From Octopus vulgaris (taxonomy: Eukaryota): DNA of 64,000 bases. The stretch lies in NCBI GenBank assembly GCA_951406725.2, contig OX597837.1, positions 20,150,001 through 20,214,000 on the forward strand, read 5' to 3'. Shown here in pieces: positions 13,484-23,296 of the stretch. Under the pieces are notes generated by a model that saw only the letters and a program-made list of their open reading frames with translations, was not told the origin of the DNA and searched no databases. The position numbers and the translations under genes were made by a program. How positions within the stretch are numbered: position 1 is the stretch's first letter; each line of letters begins with the position of its first letter.

Positions 13484-13698
13484 GAAGCTGATGATAATTA
13501 ACGAAACACAGTGGGAGGGAGAGACTGTACTAATGAGAAGTTAATTAAATTGGATAAGACATCGCTTTACATTGCCGCTTAAATCAATAATTCATTGGAG
13601 CAGCCGACATTTTATAACTGACAGTCAGGCAAAGCAGTCGGGAACGCCGTTCTTCTCAATGAATACGTTCCCCATTCTGTATGTATGCATGCATATAC

Positions 13699-13746
<48 letters not shown>

Positions 13747-13784
13747 GCTTATACGTGCCGTACGTATGTATCTATGCGTGTATA

Positions 13785-13839
<55 letters not shown>

Positions 13840-14479
13840 ATATGAATTAATTTTTGTTGATTCGCCGGGAAGCGATAAATTACCGAACTTAATACGTAAA
13901 TATAGAATGTTCTTTAATGCATCATAACTGAAAGGGCCATAATTTCCAGTACTACATTATTTCGCGTTATCATTCATTCGGCTGGTAATCAGACACAATT
14001 TATTTTTTGTCTTGAATCATCTGTTGTTTTAATATAAATTTCTTTCCTACCCACAAGGGGCTAAACACAGTGAGGACAAACAAGGACAGACAAACGGATT
14101 AAGTCGATTATATCGACCCAGTGCGTAACTGGTACTTATTTAATCGACCCCGGAAGGATGAAAGGCAAAGTCGACATCGACGGAATTTCGACTTTGCCTG
14201 TGTGAGAAGCAGATGCGAAGTTTACTTCCCAACCACATGTTTCCGGGTTCCCACTGTGTGGCACATTGGGCAAGTGTATTCTACTATAGCCTTGGGCCGA
14301 ATAAAGCCTTCTGAGTGGATTTGGTAAGCGGAAAGTGAAAAAAGCCCGTCGTGTATATATATATATATATATACCTACTTGGAAATGGATGCATGTCGTT
14401 CAATTAAATAATAATATAAGTTATATATATATATATATACACACACACGCACACACACACACTCACATATGCATATATG

Positions 14480-14562
14480 GGGACAGGACGTCACCAACAG
14501 TAAACAACATGAAATATGAAAACATTGTTTTTTCCATCCTTTTTCTCCTCTTCATCATTCTC

Positions 14563-14638
<76 letters not shown>

Positions 14639-14976
14639 GCTTTCTCTTTTCAAAGAAAATATTTCTCCAGCGTTTGCTATTTTACCTTCGTTCTGGTCTA
14701 ACGACACTCCATGTATTTTTTTCGTCCGGTTTCCTTGTATGTCTCCACAGTCCTGCTTTTGTTCCCAACTTTGACCTTCCATAAATCCAAAATTTTATTT
14801 TGGTACTTATGAGAGCAGCTTTCTTCGAAAACTCATATTGTCGTTCAAAGCTCGAAATGAGGAGTAGATAGACAGCCGACAACTGATGAAGAGTCGTTCT
14901 TTATGTTACTTGTCCTGTTTTCCATTTGTTTCTCTCGTTGTTTTTGTATTTCATGTTTTTACTGTTGGTTACCCAT
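14480..14976. mobile_element. Penelope-like remnant with inverted ends and a decayed hammerhead
   Basis: ccaacagtaaacaacatgaaatatgaaaaca (about 14493-14524) is inverted at about 14938-14969. CTTATGA GAGC...GCTC GAAAT at 14806-14858. Confidence 0.45.
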
Positions 14977-14982
14977 ATATAC

Positions 14983-15013
<31 letters not shown>

Positions 15014-16425
15014 TGTATGTATGTATGTATTATGTATGTATGTATGTATGTATGTATGTATTATGTATGTATGTATTATGCGCGTGTGTTTATGTCTTTG
15101 TCATTGTCTCTCACTACCACTTGAGAACCGGTGTTGGAGTGTTTACGTCCTCGTAATTTAACGGTTTTGGCAAAAGAGACCGATTGAATAAATATCTAGC
15201 TTTAAAAGAAAATAAGTACTGGGGTCTGTCAGTTCAACTAAAATTCCTCAACCTGGTGCCCCAACATGGCCGCAGTCTAATGACTGAAACAAGTAAAAGA
15301 AATGATTGGCTTGAAATGTTGGCATAAGGACAGCAGTTTTATAGGAGGGGTAAGGCGATTATATCGACCCACAGTACTCAACTGGTACATATTTATCGAC
15401 CCCGAAAAGATCGAAGACAGAGTTCACCTCGGCGTAATTTGAACTCAGAACTTGAAGACGGACGCAATGCCGCTAAACATTTCGCTTGGCGTACTAACAA
15501 TTGAACCAGGTCACCGCCTTACTTATTACACAAATACTGTATTATAATTTTGGCACAAGGCCAGCAATTTCGAGAGAGACTGTAAGTCGATTGCGTCAAC
15601 CCCAGTGTTCAATTGGTACTTATTTTATCGACCCCGAAAAATATCGAAGGTAGAGCTGATCTCGGCGTAATTTGAACTCCGAACGAAAAGATTGACACTA
15701 TGCTTTGTTGGTCATGCTAACGATTCTGTCAGCTTGCCGTATGAATAAATATATTTAAATTTTATTACAAATGCCATAAAAAATCTTATCTTTTCTCTTT
15801 TACTCAGTCTTTGGAATTATTTTCTAAAGTCTGGTACTTAATTTATCGACCCTGAAAGGATGACAGGCAAAGTCGACCTCGCGGAATTTGAACTCAGAAC
15901 GTAGCGGTAGATGAGATACCGCTAAGCATTTCGCCCGGCGTGCTAATGTTTCTGCCAGCTCGCCGCCCTAATCTGATACTTATTCTATCAGTATTTTTGC
16001 CGAAGTGCTGAGTGGCGGAAACTGGTTGTCAAGAATAGTGAGGGACAAACACAAAGAACCACCCACTCACCCACACACACACTCACACACACATATATAC
16101 GACGGGCTTCCACACAGTTTCCGTCTATAAAATCTACACCCAAGGCCTTTGTTGGCCGGGGGCTATAGTAGAAGATATTTGCTCAAGGTACAACGTAATG
16201 GGATTGAACTAGGAACCATGTGGTTTGGAAGTAAACTTATTACTATATTTATTTTGTTAACGATAAAAATAAGCAAAGTAGCTAGTTCTAAAGTCTCTAT
16301 AAGAGATGCAAGTAGTAACTCTACTGAAAAGTAACAGTTATTACCACCTCAATATTGTTGTTGCGTACTAGTCTTTTTTAACCCCAGGAGGACACCTCCA
16401 CCACCTGCTTAACGACACAATACCT

Positions 16426-16646
16426 ATTTCTTTATTACCCACAAGGGGCTAAACACAGAGGGGACAAACAAGGACAGACATAGTTATTAAGTCGATTATA
16501 TCGACCGCAGTGCGTAACTGGTACTTATTTAATCGACCCCGAAAGGATGAAAGGCAAAGTCGACCTCGGCGGAATTTGAACTCACAACGTAACGACAGAC
16601 GAAATACGGCTACGCATTTTGCCCGGCGTGCTAATGTTTCTGCCAG
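16426..16646 (-). mobile_element. SINE family A inserted in a hammerhead-bearing repeat
   Basis: Absent from the paralogous segment near 18090; acct is repeated on both sides. Confidence 0.88.
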
Positions 16647-16683
16647 ACCTGGAGCGAACACCTCCCATCCAGCGATGACAGGA

Positions 16684-16731
16684 CCAGTAGACCAGAACTG
16701 ATTTCAAGGTCTTACCCTTTCTCAGTACTGG
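16684..16731 (-). ncRNA. type I hammerhead-like motif, three full stems, core CUGAGAA
   Basis: ccagta CTGAGAA agggt aag acctt GAAA tcag tt ctgg TC tactgg. Confidence 0.65.
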
Positions 16732-18127
16732 ACACCTGTCTGCTACATTCTTTTTAAAAAGAATTACGCCAGCGAAACGTACAAATACGCTATTTCAAGC
16801 TTACGTTTTTCATTTCATTTCTATCTCTCGTAGGAACAGTCCATCCATCTTAAAACTCGTACAAAGGAGATCAATGTGAGAACTGAATTCATGAAATTGC
16901 ATTAGTCGAATATTTTTCTCATATTTTAAAAACAATTTCCGGAAAATATTTCGAAACCAACATTTTTACTTCTAGAACCAAGTCGAAATTCAAGGAGGGT
17001 GCTACTAACACAAAAGGTACTTAGCTCCGTGCATACAAGGCGTTAACGATTCCCTTCTTTATTCAAACTGTTATTACAATGAAAGAACATTCTTCATTTT
17101 GCGCTCAAACAAAAGTCACACTGCATTTTCGATTTAAAGCTACCGTTCCGTAAGGCTCTTTCTTCATCTTCACTCGACCGAATAAAAGCCAAATGAACAA
17201 ACGAAAGAAAGCAGCGCTGAACACATCCGGTCGGAGTCACAAGTATTTAGCAGAGCACCATATCACTTAAATTCCCATGGGTGTAGGCTATACCCAGCCC
17301 GCCAAACGCCCGAAAACTGGACGGAGAAAACCCAAAAGAGAACTCAAACGGCTCCTTGATGTCTAGAGTGTGTGTGAAGCGGTGAGAGACAAACGCAAAT
17401 ACATACATACAAACATATACCTATTTACACAGGGATGTGTGTGTGTGTATGTGTATGTGTGTATATGTGTGTGTGTGTGTGTGTATATGTGTGTGTGTAA
17501 ATATACGTACGTGTAGCAGGAATATTTAGTAATTGCACAACTTAGAAATCGAACCCGGATCGCTGTATCTACGCAAAGAAAAAACAATCAACTAAAGAAC
17601 ATGGTTGTGATTCGTTCAAAAAAGAACCGACAAAAAAGAAAAAAAGCTGGCCATTCAAGACTTTATGTGGAGCCGGATCTAATAACAATTTCATCTTTGG
17701 CGTGCTTTTTCTGACCAAGAGTATCGCTATATAGCCACTATTCAGCTGACAGTAACAGTGAACTGGTAAGCAGACCAGAGCGGTGTCACATCAAGAGAAC
17801 AATGGATGGCGGCGGTAGCAGCACATCATGAGCAGCTAACATCAAACTGACAACGGCGACCACTATTGTAGTCCAACAACTTCTCATATAAGGTTCAAAT
17901 TATCTTGATATAAACTTCATTTCGTTGTCGTTCGTTGTAAAGACAATCTTTATTTTGTTAACGATAAAAATAAGCAAAGTAGCTAGGTCTAAAGTCTCTA
18001 TAAGAGATGCAAGTAGTAACTCTACAGAAAAGTAACGGTTGTTACCTCCTCAATGTGGTTGTTGCGTACTAGTCTTTTTAAGAACACAATACCTGGGAGC
18101 GACACCTCCCATCCAGCGATGACAGGA

Positions 18128-18175
18128 CCAGTAGACCAGAATTGATTTCAGGGTCTTACCCTTTGTCAGTACTGG
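18128..18175 (-). ncRNA. hammerhead-like motif, second copy
   Basis: ccagta CTGACAA agggt aag accct GAAA tcaa tt ctgg TC tactgg. Confidence 0.6.
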
Positions 18176-18250
18176 ACACCTGTCTGCTAGACATGTCAGA
18201 CATATATTGCGAACTGGGGCGAACGACAGCCATGTCTAGCAGACAGGTGT

Positions 18251-18298
18251 CCAGTACTGAGAATGGGTTAGACCCTGAATCCAGTTCTGATATAGTGG
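18251..18298 (+). ncRNA. hammerhead-like motif, third (inverted, decayed) copy
   Basis: ccagta CTGAGAA tgggt tag accct GAAT ccag tt ctga TA tagtgg. Confidence 0.5.
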
Positions 18299-18336
18299 TC
18301 CTGTCAGTTCTGATATAGTGGTCCTGGGAGTTAACA

Positions 18337-18481
18337 CAGACTGCCTTCTTCCAACTGTTAAGAAGCATGGAGGAGGATCTGTGATGATCTGCGGGAGTGG
18401 GGGCTATATCTTGGAAATCCACCGGCCCAATGGTTTCCCTCCATGGCAGAATTAATAGTCAAGGCTATTTAAGCATTTTAT
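18337..18481 (+). mobile_element. internal Tc1 transposase fragment
   Basis: Near-identical to 19783-19924. Confidence 0.9.
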
Positions 18482-18762
18482 ATGTTCGCTCGCTTGTTTG
18501 CAATATAATGGACACAGGTATTGTGTTGTTAAACAGCTGGTGGCGGTGTCGTCCTGGGGTTAAAAATGAGTTGTAACATTGTTCTATAAGGAACAAACAT
18601 GTTGAGATAAAAAGAAATAGTTTGGCTAAAAAAGAAACTTCTGCAGAATTTGTGTTCATTGTAATATTATTTGCATTGATTTGTGAATATACAATTGTGG
18701 TGTATAATTCAGACCAGGAATATTAATGCAAACATGTAAGCATTCCACAATGAAATTATGAC

Positions 18763-18794
18763 AACCTGAAGAAGGCTGCGAAACGACCGTAAGT
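18763..18794 (+). ncRNA. minimal hammerhead-like motif with truncated stem II
   Basis: aac CTGAAGA aggctgc GAAAC GACC GTA agt. Confidence 0.45.
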
Positions 18795-19087
18795 CTAAGG
18801 ATGGTAAGTAGCTGAATAGATATATTCGCTTCCAATACCTCCTGAATTTTTATGTTTTTTTTTATATACGTATGTATGTATGTATGTACGTATGTATGTA
18901 TGTATATTTGTTTGTATGTGTATGTGTATGTATGTATGTATGTATGTATGTATGTTTATATGTATGTATATGAGTGTGTGTGTATGTATGTATACATACA
19001 TACGTGTAAATGTATGTGTATACATTCATATATATGAATATATATAGTATTAATAAAATAGATGGAATGTGTAATAGATTTTACTAG

Positions 19088-19129
19088 GTACAACACATGT
19101 TTTGACTCGTTCTGGGTCTCTTCGGATAC
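19088..19129 (-). ncRNA. decayed minimal hammerhead-like motif
   Basis: gtat CCGAAGA gac ccagaacga gtc AAAAC ATGT GTT gtac. Confidence 0.35.
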
Positions 19130-19219
19130 ATCAATGCAAAGTCTCATTAGAGATTTCCTGAGTCGGCTTACGTACCGCTATATGTCCATCAAACTCGAGA
19201 ATGAGTAAAAATATATATA

Positions 19220-20346
19220 CAGAGGTTGAGCAAAATAATGGAAACACCTAGCATCATAGCATCATGACAGAACATTGGACTTTTAAAGAGGTCAAATTGT
19301 TGGTGCTCGTATGGCAGGCGCTAGGATAACGAAAACAGCCGAAATGTTTGGTGTATCAAGAAGTACTGTCTCAAAGTTAATGACAGCCTTTGAGAAAGAG
19401 GGAAAAACTTCCTCGTCGAAACTAAACTCCGGAAGAAAACCATAACTTTCAGATAGGGACCGTCGGACTCTTATGCGAATTGTTAGAAAGGATCACAAAA
19501 TTACTGCTCCCAAAATTACTGCAGACCACCTCGAGAAGCCAGTTTCCACAAAAACTATTTTCCGGGAGCTGCACAAACCCGGATTTCACGGGAGGGCTGC
19601 AATGAGAAAACCACTACTTTCAGAAACAAACGTTGCAAAGCATTTAGAGCGGAGTAAAAACCTTCAGAATTGGTCCCTAGAGCAGTGAAAGAATGTTATT
19701 TTCTCAGACGAGTCATCCTTTACCTTATTTCAGACCACCGGCCAAGGATACGTGTGGAGACATCCAAAAGAAGCATCTGACCCAGACTGCCTTCTTCCAA
19801 CTGTTAAACATGGAGGAGGATCCGTGATGATCTGCGGGGGTGGGGGGTATATCTTGGAAATCCACCGGCCCAATGGTTTCCCTTCATGGCAGAATTAATA
19901 GTCAAGGCTATTTAAGCATTTTATCTGATCAAATTCATCCTATGGTTGCGAAACTGTTTCCGGAGGAAAACGTAATCTTTCAGGATGTTAATGTACCAAT
20001 TCACTCAGCTAAAGTTGTTACTGAATGGCACGAGGAACATTCTAGTGAAGTTGAACATCTTATCCAGCCACCACAGTCCCCAGATCTCAATATTATTGAA
20101 CATTCATGGTGCATTTTAGAAAAGCAAGTAAGGAGTTGGTATCCTCCACCATCATCACTAGAAGAACTGGAGACTGTTTTAGCTGAAGAATGGATAAAAA
20201 TTTCTTTGGAATAAATTCAAACTTTGCACGAGGCCATACCTCGTAGAATTTAAGCTGTAATTACTGCCAAAGGCGGCCCTACCCTATATTCAAATAAAAA
20301 AATTTTTTTTATTTTAAGGTGCTTCTATTATTTTGTCCAACCCCTG
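19220..20346 (+). mobile_element. Tc1-superfamily transposon, DD36E spacing, transposase pseudogenised
   Basis: TA TSD and ~30-bp TIRs (cagaggttgagcaaaataatggaaacacct / caggggttggacaaaataatagaagcacct). Motifs RGQIVGAR, GRKP, FSDES, KHGGGSVM, FQD(V)NVPIH and SPDLNIIE, with stops and frameshifts. Confidence 0.95.
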
Positions 20347-20386
20347 TATATATGTGTATATGTATATATATATATATAAATATATA

Positions 20387-21556
20387 CAAGGTGGGGAAGC
20401 AAAACTTGAAATATTTTGGAAGCCATACTAGATCATACGATCTAGTATATTCACTCAACAGACCAAGAGGCAACGCATTGCAGATTTGCTTCGTGCCGAG
20501 GTTGCAATTAGACGTATTATTGAGACTGTCAGGACCTCTGAGAGCACTGTCTGCAACGTTAAGAACCAAATGCTGGATATGGGAGGCATCATGAGAAAGC
20601 AAGGAAGTGGAGGCGTAAATAAAAAACGGGATAATGCATTTCTTAAATCTTTCAAAGCCAGCATTTCGGAAGACACAACAACATCCATGAGAAAACTGTC
20701 CATGGACATGAAAGCTGATCCAAGTACATTCAGAAATGCTGTACACACTTATTTACATTTAGGGTAATATGTGAAGACACTGAGACACCTATTGACCCAT
20801 GAAAGGCAGAAGGTATGAAAGAGCTAAATAAATGTTGCGATACCTGAAGCACAATGGACAAATCGTCAAAATATTTTCAGATAAAAAAATCTTTATCGTT
20901 GATGCTGTTTTAAACCTTCGCAATGATCGATACATTGCTAAGTCAGCTTCTGAAGTAAAGGGCGTCTTTAGGACCAAGCACCCAGCTCAAGTCATGATAC
21001 TCGGTATCGTGGCGTCTGACGGAAAAAAGATGCCACTCCATTTTTTCAAGTCTGGAGAAAAGGTGTGGGCAGAAGTTTATTATAAAGTTCTGCAGTTTAA
21101 GGTTTTGTCTTGGCTGAAGTCTAACTACCCCAACGGAAATTATATGTGGACTCAATATGGTGCTCCTGCTCATACGGCGAAGAAAGTGCAGAAATTCTGC
21201 AACGACAACTTCACCGACTTTCGACCTGCCATCTTCTGGTCTTCTTCCAGACTTGAACTCACTGGACTATGCCATATGGGGCAAACTGGAGCACTCTACC
21301 GACACCCAAGTTTTGATCATCTCAAGCAAGTCCTGAAGGAAGAGTGGGACAATATGTATGAATACTTCATTATGAAGAGTTGTGACGCCTTCAGGTGGCG
21401 TGTGATGGCTGTGGTGGGCAACGAAGGCAGACATATTGAATAAGTTGTCTCTTTATACCCCTATAAACTTGTGTTGAAATTATATTTATGTCAGTTTACT
21501 GGTTGTAAATTAAACAGTTTGGTGAATTATTTTCCAAGTTGTGCTTCCTCACCCTG
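20387..21556 (+). mobile_element. maT-like (DD37D) Tc1/mariner transposon, decayed
   Basis: TA TSD and TIRs caaggtggggaagcaaaacttg / cagggtgaggaagcacaacttg. Motifs FSDKKIF, KHPAQVMILG, WTQ(Y)GAPAHTA and frameshifted PDLNSLDYAIWG. Confidence 0.9.
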
Positions 21557-21654
21557 TATATATATATATATATAGATATATAGATATGTATGTGAGTACA
21601 TATATGTGTGTGCGTGTGCATGTATGCATGTGAGTGTATGTATGTATATATCTA

Positions 21655-21687
<33 letters not shown>

Positions 21688-21809
21688 GTGTGTGTGTGCA
21701 TGCATGTGTGTATGCATGTATGTTATGTATGTATGTATGTATGTATGTATTTATGTATGTATGTAATGTATGTATGTATGTATGTATGTATGTAATGTAT
21801 GTATGTATG

Positions 21810-21840
<31 letters not shown>

Positions 21841-21872
21841 TGTATGTATGTATGTATGTATGTATGTATCGT

Positions 21873-22191
21873 GAGGGCGCGTGGCTTAGTGGTTAGGGCA
21901 TTCGGCTCATGATCGTAAGGTTGTGAGTTCGATTCCCGGCGACGCGTTGTGTCCTTGAGCAAGACACTTTATTTCACGTTGCTCCAGTCCACTCAGCTGG
22001 CAAAAATGAGTTGTACTTGTACTTCAAAGGGTCAGCCTTGTCACTCTCTGTGTCACGCTGATTATCCCCGAGAACTACGTTAAGGGTACACGTGTCTGTG
22101 GAATGCTCAGCCATTTGCACGTTAATTTCACGAGCAAGCTGTTCCGTTGATCGTATCAGCTGGGACCCTCGTCGTCGTAACCGGCGGAGTC
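21873..22191 (+). mobile_element. tRNA-derived SINE (family C) inserted in (TATG)n
   Basis: A-box TGGCTTAGTGG, B-box GAGTTCGATTCC, then a GCGTTGTGTCCTTGAGCAAGACACTT central domain. Confidence 0.85.
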
Positions 22192-22314
22192 TTTTATGTA
22201 TGTATTATGTAATGTATGTATGTATGTATGTATGTATGACATGCATCTGTACAGTTTTCGCCTACCAAATTTAGTACCAAGGCATTGGTCGGGTCGGTTT
22301 TCTTGCAGAAGACA

Positions 22315-22374
22315 CTTACCACAGTGGAACTTACCACAGTGGAACTTACCACAGTGGAACTTACCACAGTGGAA
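22315..22374. repeat. 15-bp tandem repeat CTTACCACAGTGGAA x4
   Basis: Four perfect units within a decayed family-B SINE remnant. Confidence 0.95.
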
Positions 22375-22607
22375 CGTTATATACACATTGAGTACATTTT
22401 AAATAGCAGTCTACTCAAATTCAAAGCGAATATCCACTTCAACGATCGACGCTTGCAAAAATGTTTTAACACTTCATTTCTTCCATGAATTACATTCAAA
22501 GCAAATCTGAGTGTGGTATTGCACGGAAAATATTGAAGGATGCTCGTATAAAATGGATTTAAGAGTAACGAGTTACTTTTTCCTCTCTTCAACATTACTG
22601 TCTTTCA

Positions 22608-22981
22608 TCACCTGGATCACCTGGATCGGTCAGACTGTCTGGTGCCGAGTCGGCTCCGCTGACCACAGCATTCACTCCATTCCCCTAGTGTTCTCGCCAT
22701 TCTACTCCACGTTGTTCCAGACATCTTTCTTAAATCATCTTCTCATCTGATTGGAGGTCTTCCAAAAAGTGTGTTCTGTTCGCGCGGGTACCACTCGACA
22801 ACTGCACGGGTACACCGATTGTCTGTGAGCCTTGCGACATGACCAGCTTATCGTAGTTTTGCGTAGTGATATTCTGTGCGGATGTCCTTCACCCCAGTTC
22901 TATCCGTTGACGAAGAGAGCCATGGAAGGATCGATGTTGGGAATCTCGCTAAAGGATCACATTCGGAACAAGATCAGAGAT
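22608..22981 (-). mobile_element. 5'-truncated, 5'-inverted RTE-clade LINE
   Basis: Minus strand reads RTGVKDI..R*AGHVARLTDNRCT..EWYPR..GRPP with a (GATCCAGGT)2 tail. The plus strand reads RAMEGSMLGISLKDHIRN at about 22905-22975. TSD TGTCTTTCA at 22599-22607 and 22982-22990. Confidence 0.8.
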
Positions 22982-23232
22982 TGTCTTTCAGAGCTGCATG
23001 AAATAATAGTTACAGGTTTTGGCCTAAGGTTAGCTATTTTAGGGAAAAACAGCGGTAGTAGGGTTAATCAATTGCATCGATACTACTGCTTAACTGGTAC
23101 ATATTTTATCGACTCCGAACGGACAAGCAAAGACAACCTCGACAGCATTTGAACACACGAACGTAAGGCTGAAAGAAATAAAGCAAAGCATTTTGTCCAC
23201 AGTGCTAAAGATTGTGCCCGCTCGCCGCCTTG

Positions 23233-23281
<49 letters not shown>

Positions 23282-23296
23282 TAATAATAATAATAA

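Noticed and set aside
21873-21945. tRNA gene
   Set aside because: The A/B boxes continue into a SINE body with no proper acceptor stem. The same applies to the heads at 11599, 33444, 49047, 56167 and 57024.
22315-22374. CRISPR-like or zinc-finger-like (CGKFH) 15-bp repeat
   Set aside because: Perfect head-to-tail slippage repeat inside a SINE remnant.
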